Numbered from the stretch's first letter, positions 1 through 14,880 are shown. The stretch: 64,000 nucleotides of DNA from Eledone cirrhosa (GCA_964016885.1 OZ024761.1:25234001-25298000), one strand, 5' to 3'. Notes: generated from the letters alone by a model not told the origin. A program made the numbers and translations.

Positions 1-270
1 TCCCTCCCTGAAACTTGTTGGCCTTGTACCAATATCAGAAACTATTTTCATTAGAGTAACGGACAAATAGTTTTCTGCTATTTAGTTACCAAGTTCTACT
101 TTCTGATTTATTTCAATTCTGTGGCGGTCAACCCTGCAACTCATATGTCCGCTAACGATAATATAAAGTATATGTAATTACTCCGAAATTACCGAGTTCC
201 ATAAAATCAACTTTTCTATCCCCTAAAATCTGCTGGTCTTGTGTCTTAATTCTAAACCATTATCAGGTAC

Positions 271-490
271 GTAGATTGGCAGTATCCGTAGAGCGTCGTA
301 CAAACTACTTTGTTGCAAATACATCGCATCTCTTTATGTTCTGAGTTCAAACCCCCTCCCAGGTTAACTTGGCTTTACATCCTTACAGGGTCGATAGAAT
401 AAAATATCAGTAACGCATTGCGGCAGATATCGTCGACTCCACGCCGCGTCAAAAATTGCCGGCCTTGTGCTAATGCTAGAAAGAATTATC
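271..490 (+). mobile_element. tRNA-derived SINE, main family (long-tail form)
   Basis: A-box-like TGGCAGTATCCGTAGAG and B-box-like GAGTTCAAAC, then core GGTTAACTTGGCTTTACATCCTTACAGGGTCGATAGAATAAAATATCAG and tail GGCCTTGTGC. The same layout recurs throughout the window. The core resembles the Meta/MESC-type SINE central domain (recalled, not searched). Confidence 0.85.
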
Positions 491-646
491 CTGCTGTTAT
501 TGCTACTGTCGTTTTTCTAAATGTACTTGAAGGAAATAGAGATTTGTTATAGTGGTTTTTTGTCTTCCTAATCACTGTCACCACGTCACCATTTTAGTTA
601 TACTACTATAGTCTTTTTAATTATAATACTTTAATCATAATATTTT

Positions 647-988
647 AATTGGCGGTATCAGTAGAGAGTCGGGCACCATGCTTTGCAGCATAGAGTTACG
701 GTCCTTTACGGTCTGAGTTCCAATCCCGCAAAGGTTCACTTTGCCTTTCATCGTTGCGGGATCGACAAAATAAAGCACCAGTGACGTACTGGGGTCGATC
801 TAATCGACTTTCCCCTCCCCGCAAATTACTGGCCTTCTACCCATAGTAGATGACACTAACTATCATAACACTACGGGCAGTATCGGTAGAGGATCGGACG
901 CCATGCTTTGTAGCACGGGGTCGATAAAATAAAGTACCAGTAATGGACTGGGGTAAATGCTGGCCTTGTGCCAAAAGTAGAAACAACT
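647..988 (+). mobile_element. Two adjacent main-family SINE copies (647-858 full length; 876-988 internally deleted)
   Basis: Both have the head TGGC(A/G)GTATC..TAGAG. The second jumps from CATGCTTTGTAGC directly to ACGGGGTCGATAAAATAAAGTACCAG and ends in the tail GGCCTTGTGCCAAAAGTAGAAAC. Confidence 0.85.
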
Positions 989-1174
989 AATGAAGAAAAG
1001 AAGAGGAGAAAAGAAAGATGAAGAAGAAGGGGAAGGAGAAGAAATACGATACATTTTCAGTTTCATCCTCACCATCAACATTAAACTAACCATCATCACA
1101 ATCATCATCGCCATCGGTATCATGACCATCGTCATCATAATCATAAACATCAACAGTAGCTGCATCGTTATCGC

Positions 1175-1206
<32 letters not shown>

Positions 1207-2208
1207 CCCGCATCATTTTAATCCTGTTCTCCTTGCTTAGCAAAGGTAAACTAACTATATATGGTAAAACATATAGCCCAGCGCCGATAAGTCTTGATAC
1301 CAGATGAAAGGTAAACACAATTAGCAGTAAACCTGATGTTAAATAAAGACACATAAACATATAACTATGTAGGTAAACAAATATAGGCTAAAGTTTCAGT
1401 GTTTTGGAAAATCAGATAAAGTAAATTTTAAAGCGTGTCTTCGGAGATTACAAAGAACTGAGAGTCTTTTACCCCTGTGTTATCTGATTATCTTAGAATT
1501 CTCGAGTGAAATTACAGATTTCAAACCTAAACAATCTCCAGAGCAGATCTAAATACGTATATTCTTTTATTCTGACTAATTATTTACGGTAATTATTAGG
1601 CTGCCATGCTGTGTCCCGCCTTCAACGAGATTTAGTTTATCATTCTACGGCTCTCGAGTTTTATTTACTTAAACTTTGGTAAATATCGATCAGGTTTTGG
1701 CTAATCGCTATCTTACAGAGTATAAACAATGGGTACATATAAACACGAACTGACACCCACAAACACAAACAAACACATACATATATATATATAGGTGTGT
1801 GTGTGTTCGGATCTAGCAGCCGAAATGGCTTTAGCTCAGCCGTCGGGGTGATGATTTTTTCACACACACACACATATATATATATATATAAGTATATATA
1901 TATTTGGCAGGGCTTAATACAATTATAAGATTGCATCATGTATAGTGCGGTTTAATGGTTTAAAATGCGAAAATATTGTTTCTAACAAGCCAGGAGAGTT
2001 TCTTGCAAAAACAACGACGGGAACACATGAAAAACATCTCATTAATTCACTTATCAGTCGCAATGTTGTAGTAGCTTTTATCCACGATAACATTTTCTGT
2101 TATGTTTGCCAACCGCTCTGTTGCGACGTTGTTGCGATTTCATTAAAGAAGTTGATTTGGTCGCTGCTGTGACGACTTACGAAAGATGCACTATTGTGCT
2201 AGAGATAA

Positions 2209-2210
<2 letters not shown>

Positions 2211-2259
<49 letters not shown>

Positions 2260-2300
2260 TACACACACATGTATATATATATATCTATATATATACATAT

Positions 2301-2338
<38 letters not shown>

Positions 2339-2435
2339 GTACACATATATATATACACACATCTATATATTTATATTCTTATGTATGTATATACATATAT
2401 ATATATATACACGTGCATATTTACAGACATGTATA

Positions 2436-2479
<44 letters not shown>

Positions 2480-2615
2480 CACATGTATATATTTATATAT
2501 ACATATATATTTATACACATGTATATATTTATATGCGTATATATATATAAATATATATACATATATATTTATACGCATGTATATATATATATATATACAC
2601 ACATATATATATATA
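2211..2615. repeat. (TA)n/(CA)n compound microsatellite
   Basis: Seen directly; explains the IY/YT-rich ORFs here. Confidence 0.95.
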
Positions 2616-3934
2616 CGATAGAGAGAGAGAGAGAAGTGCATTGGGTGAGGAGATATAGGGCCCATGGAGCGAATGTTTTCCTTAGCTATATGTGGATGAT
2701 ACAAAAGCAATATCAGTTAATTTTATTCACTGTATCCTCCCTCTTCGTATAATTAGTTTATATAGTGGAATGTATATATATATACACTTGCACACATTTA
2801 TATACATATTCGTGGATATATATGGAGATCCAGTGTAAAGGTTGTTGTTTACTGAGAAAGCATAGCGGATTTCAATATATATATATATATGTATATATAC
2901 ACATAGTAGCGGTGCCACAGCATGGTCTCGGTCTCTCGGCTGTAACACGTAATAGCACAAGAGATATATAGACACACGCATATATGTAGGTATGTATGTG
3001 TGCATGTATGTGTGCATGTATGTATGCATGCGTGCGTGCGTGCGTGCGTGCGTGCTAAAGTTTGTGACTATTCATTAAATAAATTGTATTACTTATGTAA
3101 AGATTCACTTCTTCAAAATGTTCAAATGTCAACACTTCCGGTTAGCGATCGCTTAAATAAATATTCAGATATTTCTGTCACTAATTTTCTCCTAATGCAG
3201 TTTATATATAATATCGTCTTTTTTTAATGTATCATGGATTACATTACTGTGTACATAAGTGAGTGTAACACAGTCTTCGTTCAGTTTCTGTGTATATTGT
3301 CAATTACGATTTTATTTGATGTATCATATCTACATGCATATATACTTGCGTATAATATCAATATGCACACTACACATGCTAGCAGAAAACCACTCGAAGG
3401 GTGGTCTTTCTCCTAGTCTAAGTAATGCTTGTCACAAGGTGTTTATATATTGTGAGGTATATTCACCGATTTCACAAATGTTGTTTGAATGAGCTAGATT
3501 TGAAACAGAAAATACATGGTCGATATGATTGACAAAAAAAACAACAACAACAAATTGCTTCACAATGCATTGCCCCAGCATGGGCGTTGACTACAGACTG
3601 AAATTAGTAAAAGTATAAAAGAAATAAATAATTATATAAGCGGACCCTAGCATTGCCAACAAAGATAGGCAGAGAAATGTCATACAGCAATTAATTAACA
3701 AATGCTATAATCGAGGTAAATAAAAACCTGGAAATTCATGTTAATTCCGCTCGATTTTAATTCTTGTTTACTGAATATCAACCGGAATCCGAAGAACATA
3801 CCCGGATGTTTACAATATAATTTTCCTTTACGTCATAACAGAATTACCCAGATCATAGGTTACACATGCATCGAAAGACACATATACATCTAATTCTGGA
3901 GACACTTATGCACATAGATACGTATTTCTGTTGC

Positions 3935-4133
3935 AATATATATATATATATATTATATATATATATATTACTTATGTACCCATATACATATATATATGCA
4001 TATATATATATAAATACATATATATATTCAAATATATATATATATGCATATATATATATATATATATATATGCATATATATATATAAATATATATATATG
4101 CATATATATATATATATATGCATATATATATAA

Positions 4134-4164
<31 letters not shown>

Positions 4165-4165
4165 A

Positions 4166-4212
<47 letters not shown>

Positions 4213-4491
4213 TATATATATATTCATATATATATATGCATATATATATATATATATATATATAAATATATATATATATATTCATATATATATATGCATA
4301 TATATATTCATATATATATATGCATATATATATTCTTTATATATATTCATATATACATATTCATATATATATATATATGCATATATATATTCTTTATATA
4401 TATTCATATATACATATTCATATATACACATTCATATATACATATCCATATATATATATATAAACATACTTACGTACACACATAAACATAC

Positions 4492-4528
<37 letters not shown>

Positions 4529-4540
4529 GTACATATATTC
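3935..4540. repeat. (TA)n-based compound microsatellite with TGCA/TTCA interruptions
   Basis: Seen directly. Confidence 0.95.
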
Positions 4541-5167
4541 GTCTATGCACACATATATGAGATACATACACACAATCACTCACACATAAATAGATACACA
4601 CATAATACATTTATACATACACACGGAGACGTGTACATACACACATACACGCATACATACACACCCAAACACACACACACATTACATGAAAACATACATA
4701 TTGACATATCTTAAGAAAAATTGTCGCAATTTCAGTTGCCCTAAAGTAAAATGAATGCAACTACAACAACAACAACAACAACAATAATAATAGTAGTAGT
4801 AGTGAGAAAGAAATTCTTCTATAATGATGCTTATGTTTTTATTATTGTTTTACATTTGTTTTTTAAATCTTTTTTTTCTTCTTCCACTTCTTATTGTTCT
4901 TGTTTTTTTTTTCTTTTTTTTCAACTTGTTTAGTGAAATATACCACTAATTATATTAAAGGAAATAGCACAACCTATATAGTGTAGCCCGGTGTATATAT
5001 TATAATGGTGGCTTCCATACAGATGCTGGTGAAGATGGCGGCTTTTACAGTGATGATGGCGACAACGGTAATGATGGTGGTTACATTTATAGTGATGTAG
5101 TGATGTTGATGCTGATCGCCGCAACTGCAGTGCGTGATCTGGGAGATAATGATAGTGATGATAATAA

Positions 5168-5805
5168 TGTTTCTACATTTTGTACTAGGCCAGCAATTAC
5201 CCCCAGTGAATTACTGGTGCTTTATTTTATAGAACCAGTAAGGATGAAAGGCAAAGCGAACCACGGCAAGATTTGAATTCAGAACGTACAAGGCGATAAC
5301 TCTATGCTGCGAAGCATGGCGTCCGACGCCCCACCGTTACTGCCAACCCATTATAACAATCACAATGATATTTGATTCTAATTTTGGCACAAGGCCAGCA
5401 AATCTCCCAGTGCATTACTGGTACTTTATTTTATCGACCCCGTAAGGATGAAAGGCAAAGTTAACCTTGGCTGGTTTCGAACTCAATAATGATCATAATT
5501 AATTATTATTATTATTGTCGAGGTTGACTTTGCCTTTTATCCTTACGGGGTCGATAAAAAAAAGTACCAGTAATTGCTGGCCTTGTGCCTAAAGTAGAGA
5601 CAATTATTATTGTCAGGGTGGTGGATTGGTAGTATCGGTAGAGAATCGGACGCCATGTTTTGACGCATAGAGTTACGGCCCTTGCCATTCTGAGTTCAAA
5701 TCCCGGCGAGGTTAAACTTTGCCTTTCATCCTTACGGGGCCGATAGAATAAAGTACCAGTAATACGCTGCAATAATTGCTGGCCGTGTGCCAAATGTAGA
5801 AACAA
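5168..5805. mobile_element. Cluster of four main-family SINE copies (5168-5352 -, 5373-5490 -, 5515-5605 +, 5617-5805 +)
   Basis: Core CTGGTACTTTATTTTATCGACCCCGTAAGGATGAAAGGCAAAG on the minus copies and its reverse complement on the plus copies. Confidence 0.88.
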
Positions 5806-6160
5806 TTATTATTATTATCATCATCACCATTGTTTGGTATAAAAGGAAGAAAACATCGACAAGTCTAAGAAAATTGAAGCAGAAAAACAAATTAAGTAAA
5901 GAAATAAAGAGGAAAAGGCATGAAAGAATTAGGTTAATAGCAAACAGACAACGTTTTACTTTGCAGCTCACTATCTGACACTTGCATAGACAAATATATA
6001 AATATTCATAGTTGTATGTGTGTTTGTGTAGGTGTGCAAGCGTATGTGAAAACAACGAATGCACATGCAATACAGCGAGGTATACATTCATATAAAATAC
6101 GTATTCTGCCCATATGCATAGCAACTGCAAATATTCCCAGAGGAGTACTTATGTACACGA

Positions 6161-6162
<2 letters not shown>

Positions 6163-6239
<77 letters not shown>

Positions 6240-6598
6240 ACTATGTAAATACAAAAAAAGCGTGTGTGTACAGGCATACAGACACACATATGTATATGTA
6301 AATATATATATACATATACGTATATATATATGTATATATATGTATATATATACATATATATATTTACGTATATATATATGTAAACATATACATATATATA
6401 TATGTATATATAGATTTATACATATATATATATGTATATATATATGTATACATATACATATATATATATGTATATATAGATGTATACATATATATATATG
6501 TATATATATATGTATATATATATATATATGTATATATATATGTATACATATGCATATATATATGTATATAGATATATATATATATACGTATAAATATG

Positions 6599-6635
<37 letters not shown>

Positions 6636-8248
6636 GTATATATATACATATAGGTATAGCTATACATATACGTATATATATATACATATATATACATATA
6701 TATATATATACATATATATACGTATATATATATACATATACGTATATATATACATATATACATATATATACGTATATATATATACATATACGTATATATA
6801 TACATATACGTATATTTATACATATATAAATGTATATATATACATATATAAATGTATATATATACATATATATACGTATATATATATACATATATAAATA
6901 CATATATAAATACATATACAAATGTATATATATATACATATATAAATGTATATATATATATATACATATATAAATGTATATATATATATACATATATAAA
7001 TGTATATATATATATATATATATAAATGTATTAATACATATATAAATGTATATATATATACATATATAAATATATATATATACATATATAAATGTATATA
7101 TATATATATATATACATATATAAATGTATATATATACATATATATACATATATAAACATATATAAATGTATATATATACATATATATATACATATATAAA
7201 TGTATATATATACATATATATATACATATATAAACATATATAAATGTATATATATACATATATATATACATATATAAACATATATAAATGTATATATATA
7301 CATATATATACATATATAAACATATATAAATGTATATATATACATATATATATATACATATATAAACATATATAAATGTATATATATACATATATAAACA
7401 TATATAAATGTATATATATACATATATATATATACATATATATATATACATATATAAATGTATATATATACATATATATACATATATAAACATATATAAA
7501 TGTATATATATACATATATATATATACATATATAAATGTATACATATACATATATATATATACATATATAAATGTATATATATACATATATATATATACA
7601 TATATAAACATATATAAATGTATATATATACATATATATATACATATATACATGTATGTATATACATATATATATACATATATACATATATATATATACA
7701 TGTATGTATATACATATATATATATACATGTATATATATACATGTATATATATACATGTATATATACATATATATATACATATATATATATACATGTATA
7801 TATATACATGTATATATACATATATATATACATATATATATATACATATATATATATACATGTATATATATACATATGTACATGTATATATATACATATA
7901 TATACATGTATATATATACATGTATATATATACATGTATATATATACATATATATACATATGTACATGTATATATATACATATATATACATATATACATG
8001 TATATATATACATATATATATATATACATATATACATGTATATATATACATATATATACATATATACATGTATATATATACATATATATATATACATGTA
8101 TATATATACATATATATATATACATATATATACATATATACATGTATATATATACATATGTATACATATATACATGTATATATATACATATGTACTTGTA
8201 TATATATACATATGTACTTGTATATATATACATATGTACATGTATATA
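6163..8248. repeat. Long TA-based compound micro/minisatellite (TATAAATG- and TACATG-type units)
   Basis: Seen directly; source of the 400-625 aa YI-repeat ORFs. Confidence 0.95.
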
Positions 8249-8863
8249 TAACTTTGAATAACTTTGAAATGTTTTGGCCAGTATTGGCCCAGGCCATGTC
8301 TAACTTAATAGCACCACCTGGCGAAGTCTTTCAATTCAGGATTTGGGCACCATGGCCCATTCGAGAAGAGAATTACTGTTTGCGGAGACATATCCGGGTG
8401 TGGGTGGTTTGTCCGGGATTACTTGGATGAATTTGTCCAAAGACTTCTTGAATTTTGAGTGGTCAGTTTCTGTTTTGACGTGTCCTGGTGTGATGTTGAA
8501 GAGAGCAGGGCCGATTGAGGTGAAATAATTGTGCCGTATTGTTGTTATGAGTTGCGATTTAGATTTTTGAATGGGACGGATAGCACGGGGCCCAAGCCTT
8601 GGGCGTATCTTGAAGGCGATGCCAACATCATTTGGGCAGTGATGATGGAACTTTTTCCACATCATGCAGATAATATAACGCTCACGGCGACGTTGGAGTG
8701 AGTAAAGTTTCAGGTTTTCCAATCGACCCCAGTAGTCAAGGTCTGACATGCCATCTATCTTTTTCGTGATTGCCCTTTGAGGAGCTTCAAGTTTCATGAT
8801 ACTTTGTTTCGTGTGGGGAGACCACAGTGGACAACAGTATTCAAGGTGTGGTCGGGCGAAAGT
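8249..8863 (-). mobile_element. 5'-truncated CR1-group LINE (ORF2 C-terminus plus 3' UTR)
   Basis: Open frame 8863-8336 reads [17 protein letters not shown]...[12 protein letters not shown]...RLENLKLYSLQRRRER...FKKSLDKF, the post-RT C-terminal pattern of CR1/L2-group ORF2. The element ends in a 10-bp unit repeated twice (TTCAAAGTTA, 8249-8268). Confidence 0.9.
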
Positions 8864-10029
8864 ACATATATATATATATCTATACATATATATGTACATA
8901 TATATGTACATATCTATACATATATATGTACATATCTATACATATATATGTACATATCTATACATATATATGTACATATCTATACATATATATGTACATA
9001 TCTATACATATATATGTACATATCTATACATATATATGTACATATCTATACATATATATGTACATATCTATACATATATATGTACATATCTATACATATA
9101 TATGTACATATCTATACATATATATGTACATATATATATACATATACATATACCTATATATATACCTATATATATACCTATATATATATACCTATATATA
9201 TATACCTATATATATATACCTATATATATACCTATATATATACCTATATATATACCTATATATATACCTATATATATATACCTATATATATACCTATATA
9301 TATACCTATATATATACCTATATATATATACCTATATATATACCTATATATATATACCTATATATATACATATATATACATATATATATACATATATATA
9401 TACATATATATATATACCTATATATATACATATATATATATACCTATATATATACATATATACCTATATATATACATATATACCTATATATATACCTATA
9501 TATATATACCTATATATATACCTATATATATATACCTATATATATACCTATATATATATACCTATATATATACATATATATACATATATATATACATATA
9601 TATATACATATATATATATACCTATATATATACATATATATATATACCTATATATATACATATATACCTATATATATACATATATATATATACCTATATA
9701 TATACATATATATATATACCTATATATATACCTATATATATACCTATATATATACCTATATATATATACCTATATATATATACCTATATATATATACCTA
9801 TATATATATACCTATATATATATACCTATATATATATACCTATATATATATACCTATATATATATACCTATATATATACATATATATATATATACATATA
9901 TATATATACACCTATATATATACCTATATATATATATACCTATATATATATATACCTATATATATATATACCTATATATATATATACCTATATATATACA
10001 TATATATATATACCTATATATATATACAC

Positions 10030-10060
<31 letters not shown>

Positions 10061-10066
10061 TACATA

Positions 10067-10133
<67 letters not shown>

Positions 10134-10154
10134 CTATATATATATACACATATA

Positions 10155-10210
<56 letters not shown>

Positions 10211-10280
10211 GATATATATACACATATATGCACATATATACATATATATATATATACACACACACATATATATATATTAC
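8864..10280. repeat. TA-based compound satellite (TATCTATACA units, then TACC units)
   Basis: Seen directly. Confidence 0.95.
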
Positions 10281-11199
10281 ATATCTGAACATAGATACAG
10301 ACAAATTTAGGTTTTCTCATGTGTGTATATATGTGTATACATGTGTATAAACGTATGCGTTTTTGTATATGTGTAAGAGCGTGTATCATTAATAAAATTA
10401 TTGTAGATTGCTAGACTATTATCGATCACAATAAGAAATCTGAAGAAAAATCATGAAAGAAATGAAAAAAAAGCTACCTTTTGCGTTTATAGATTTTTCA
10501 GAGGAAAGAAGAGGGCAAAATATAGCTTTACACACAAACACACTAAACAAACACACGCCATCATTCTCACTCACGTATAACCCATACGCTAACAGACATG
10601 CTTATATATCACGTTGTGTGTGAGTGAGAGTGTGTGTGTCCGTATATATATATGGATGTACGTATATATGTATGCACATATGAATACGTATGTAAGTATG
10701 TACACAAGTATTTATGTATGTGTGTATACATATATATATATATATATGTATGTATATATATGTGCACACACATACATACACACACATATATATATATATA
10801 CATGTATGTATATATATGTGCACACATACATACACACATACATATACATATATATATATATACATTTATATATGCAACTATATATATGTGTATGTATGTA
10901 AGTCTATATGGAGTGTGTAATTAATTAGATATACATGTGTGGATCCATGTATGTATGTACGTAACTAAGCATGCATATAGTTATGTGTGTGTCTGTGTAT
11001 GTCTGTGTTTGTGTGTGTGTGCGTGCGCGTGTATCTGTGTGTCAAATGCTATGTATATATGTGTGATCGTACGTGTGGGTGACTGTATATATCTCTGCGT
11101 ATGCAATAATATATAGAAATATATATATTAGAGATAAAATGAATGTTGGAAAAACGTAGAATAGGAAGACGGTGTGAAAGAGAGCAAAGGTTTCATTGA

Positions 11200-11249
<50 letters not shown>

Positions 11250-11468
11250 TATACATATATAGAGAGGGAGTAGAGAAAGCGAACGATTGATGCGGAAACA
11301 GGAAATAAAGAGAGAGAAAGAGAGTAGGGGGAGATAAAATCACTGGAGACATGGTAGTAGGATCTGTGGAGAGGTGGTTTTTGTAAGACTTAAAAATTCC
11401 ATAGGTTTTCTGTCTTAGATAGTAATCATTTGTGTGAAAGTTCATAATTTTACAAGCACACGTATGTC

Positions 11469-11508
<40 letters not shown>

Positions 11509-11868
11509 AAAGATCTCATGAACGCGTAGAGTTGGGAATTTAAAAAAAAATGGGAGAAATAGCTTCATGAAATTGTTCAGGAAAATTCTAAAGTGTGTGA
11601 AAGTTGAACAAGTATGCTCACTGCAGATGATGTTTCTATAGTGTTGGTGAGACAACATTTTCTCTATCACCCATTTCTCCTCCTCTCTCATCCTTCCTTC
11701 TTATACTCATCCCCCACCATCCTTTACTCTTATTTCTTCCTCACCTTTTCCAGCCCACCCCCTCACTTTTTCCAAATCTCATACATCCATCTTAATTTAT
11801 TTTTCATATGTTGATTTAAAACTTCACTGCTCACAAGTGTTTTTTTTAAGCTTCATATCAGGTCTCCT

Positions 11869-11939
11869 TATTTTATCTGATGAGAACGCAGATATCATCC
11901 CATGATGATATTTGTTTTTGAAATGCGCATAATAAAATA
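11869..11939 (+). ncRNA. Type-I hammerhead ribozyme motif, family A (Penelope-pLTR style)
   Basis: Stem I TATTTTAT/ATAAAATA; CTGATGA 11877-11883; stem II hairpin GAACGCAGATATCATC-CCAT-GATGATATTTGTTTTT; GAAA 11920-11923; palindromic stem III ATGCGCAT; NUH = AUA. Confidence 0.8.
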
Positions 11940-12004
11940 CTTGGAACTCTTTTAACCATCTTTTGATCTGATATTATATTTATATATATATATATATATA
12001 TATA

Positions 12005-12378
12005 TGTAGATAAATCTACCAAGAGTTTACGGTAGTGTCCAATCCGTATGAAGAACTCAATGTATTCCGGATATCATGGAAAGAAGAGATGTAATGAAAA
12101 ATCACTTTCGGTGAAAGATAAACGGAATACAGAGTCAAGATAAAATATTAAACAAATAATGAATAAACAATGAGACAGTTCCTTATATTAAACAAAAAAA
12201 GTTCATTATTTAACGATCGTTTCTAGGATATATATATATACATATATATAGGATACACATATATATCCTAGAAACATATCCTAGGATACACATATATATC
12301 CTAGAAAGGATCGTTAAATAATGAACTTTTTTTGTTTAATATAAGGAACTGTCTCATTGTTTATTCATTATTTGTTTA

Positions 12379-12387
<9 letters not shown>
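12005..12387. mobile_element. (TA)n-flanked fold-back element (inverted arms within 12140-12387); family copy at 33860-34120
   Basis: An arm of about 90 bp (ATAAAATATTAAACAAATAATGAAT...CGATCGTTTCTAGGAT) is mirrored by its reverse complement. The end TGTAGATAAATCTACC...GTGTCCAATCCGTATGAAGAACTCAATG occurs reverse-complemented near 34060-34120. Confidence 0.7.
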
Positions 12388-12444
<57 letters not shown>

Positions 12445-12445
<1 letters not shown>

Positions 12446-12640
12446 AATAGGAAAAGAGCCAAGACCTCGACGGCTGAGCTCCGGACGTTTCGACAGCTAG
12501 ATCTTTTCTAGCTGTCGAAACGGCCTGAGTTCAGCCGTCGGGAACTTGGCCCTTTTCTTATTACCAACTCTACTACCCTAAGTATTGAGTACTCTGGTGC
12601 GTTATGGTCAACCTGGTATCCTACCACCCCCTCTTTGTTA
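12445..12640. mobile_element. (TA)n-flanked palindromic element (family with copies at 1806-1850, 24274-24318, 30268-30485, 46678-46765, 46809-46995)
   Basis: Shared GACGGCTGAGCTC..CCGTTTCGAC / GTCGAAACGGC..GAGCTCAGCCGTC arms and shared tail TAAGTATTGAGTACTCTGGTGCGTTATGGTC...GTTATATA. Confidence 0.75.
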
Positions 12641-12689
<49 letters not shown>

Positions 12690-12842
12690 TGAAAAAGGTG
12701 TAACCAATACTGAAGTAGAGTTTAAACATTCCTTTCATTAAGGTCAAATAATGGGCCATGTGCTTCTGGAGTTTCGCCTGACTTTTACAGGGTTATCGAG
12801 AAACTTCAGAGTAAGAAGACTCACTATTTAGCCTTAATAATC

Positions 12843-12893
<51 letters not shown>

Positions 12894-13067
12894 GACGTAA
12901 AATAAGAAAATTTTAAAAATTAAAAATCAACTTACTTACTAAAATGTTCACTGCATAGAACCACATAGGTACTAAGACATAACTTGCATATTTGCTAGCA
13001 TGAGTGTACATCTGTACACATATGTTGGTAGATGTACTAATTCTCTCTCTCTATATATATATATATT

Positions 13068-13435
13068 TGTTTCTACTTTTTTCACAAGGCCAGCAATTAT
13101 GCCATTGTATTACTGGCAATTTATTTTATCAACCCCGTAAGGATGAAAGGCAAAGTTAACCTCGGCGGGATTTGAACTCAGACCATAAACGGTCATAACT
13201 TTTTGCTGCAAAGCATGGCGTCCGACCATCTACCGATACCCCTAATCCACTATAAATATTGGTTTCTTATATAGGCACAAGGCCAGTGATTTTTGGGGGA
13301 GGGTAACGTCGATTATATCGACCCCAGTGCGTGACTGGTACTTTATTTTATCGACCCCGTGAGGATGAAAGGTGAGGTTAACCTCGGCGGGATTTGAACT
13401 CAGATCATAAAGGGTCGTAACTCTTGGCTGCAAAG
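13068..13435 (-). mobile_element. Two tandem main-family SINE copies (short-tail 13068-13250; long-tail 13261-13435)
   Basis: Core and B-box (GGATTTGAACTCAG) present in both. The second carries the GTCGATTATATCGAC palindromic insert. Confidence 0.88.
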
Positions 13436-13806
13436 CCAAATAAGCGACATACTTCGGTAGACATTTAAGACCGTGTAGATTGATGGAATTACATATTCTC
13501 ACAAAAGCAACAGGAAGGCACAAACTTTGAAATACATCTTGGATTCCCCAAGAGATCTAAAATTGTTAGAAGGAGCAATCGAAGTAATAAAATATCTTAC
13601 GTGAAACTGAAGCCTGAAGAGTGCAGAGCAGATTAGAAAGTAATGAAGACGGAAAGACTTTTGAAATATTTCAGAATCGTGGGTAAATGTTTTAAGCAAC
13701 GCTAGCGCTGTATTTCATTTATCATCTGTGATATTTAAACTGGGGTCACTCGACACCCAAGAATGTAATTTTAGCCCCGGAATATTTGGGAAAAAATGCC
13801 TGCAGA

Positions 13807-13970
13807 CAGTACCAGATTTACTATTGTGCTTAAGTGTGCTTAAGCACAGGGCCTTCTTGGCCAGGAAAGAGGGGCATCTTCCTGCCAAAACAATTTCTTA
13901 CCTCCTTCATGGCCTAAGTAAGGGGCCTCAGAACTAGCACAGGGCCTCAGTTTTCCTAAATACGGTACTG
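13807..13970. mobile_element. hAT-type MITE (164 bp)
   Basis: 14-bp TIRs CAGTACCAGATTTA / TAAATACGGTACTG (2 mismatches); 8-bp flanks CCTGCAGA / CTTGCAGG (6 of 8 match); internal GCACAGGGCCT twice. Confidence 0.65.
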
Positions 13971-14349
13971 CTTGCAGGGGAGGTATGCAGGTTTGAAGAG
14001 AATAGGTTACATTGTGTGTATATAAACTGAAATGACAGTATACATAACTAAATGTGTGAACATGGGTTTAAAAGTTCACACAAAATATTGGGACTTGGAT
14101 GATGACTTTCAAATCCAAGGGAAGGTATATTAGCCAAACGACGAAATAGGGAAAGATGTTAGTCCGGGTAGTAATCAAAGCTCAGAAAAAATAGGCCTCG
14201 GTTATCTATAAATATCTATTAAATATCCAACTATAGTGATAAAGATTATATAGAGTTTATGTATTAACACTTAATTTCCAACTTCATCCATCCAGATCTG
14301 TATTAATTCATTAAATGGGTTTGGAAAGGTTGCTCGATTTTGTATGGTG

Positions 14350-14880
14350 CTTCTTCTTGCTTTTGATCGACGAGGCCGGTCTCATCCTGAGACACCTATC
14401 TCAAAGCATTTTTGTGCGTAGAACCGACCAGATCCCCCAGCGCCCTCCATCGCTGGCTTCCCATGCTGGCTCCTCTGCTTCTTCCAAAGTGATGTCGAGC
14501 CTCCGAATATCTTTCCTAGTGATATCCAGCGATCTGGTGCGGGGGTCTACCCTGGAGCCTCTTTCAGCGGCATGCAGCCGTTGCGTCAAACGAGCGTAAT
14601 GTCTTGGTAGGATGATTTGGTGGAACGCGAAGGACTTGCCCGTACCGGTGAATGCGGCGGACGGCTATGAGGCGGAAAGCTGTGGGCTGATGCGTGGGCG
14701 CACCCACCACTTTGTCGGGAACGTGGTGGTCCCATCTGATAACTTTGATGGTCCTCAAGGCTCTGCTATAGAAGTGTTAATCATCTTTGCCAGGCTCTGT
14801 TCGTGGCTACATTTCTGCTCCATAGCAGAACGGAGAGAACTGATGCGTAGTAAATATGGAGTTTCATCTTGGTGCACGGA
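14350..14880 (-). mobile_element. Degenerate RTE-clade LINE 3' fragment
   Basis: Frameshifted peptides KLHIYYASVLSVLL, IRWDHHVPDKVV..RRIHRYGQVLRVPPNHPTK and PRTRSLDITRKDIRRLDITLEEAEE..DGGRW match the RTE ORF C-terminal pattern (LLYG.ETW / RLRW.GHV.RM / RPR.RW.D / DR..W). Confidence 0.8.

Noticed and set aside
1480-1530. CTGATTA..GAAATT..TC hammerhead-like string
   Set aside because: G8 is substituted and stem I is not convincing.
5023-5067. 45-nt AG/GT-bounded micro-exon (DAGEDGGFYSDDGDN)
   Set aside because: Lies in GAT/GGT low-complexity sequence with weak splice signals.
6364-10350. Long ORFs of 400-625 aa (YI/YM/IP repeats) and the many similar ORFs across the window
   Set aside because: Translations of TA-based microsatellites that lack stop codons by composition; open in several frames and on both strands.
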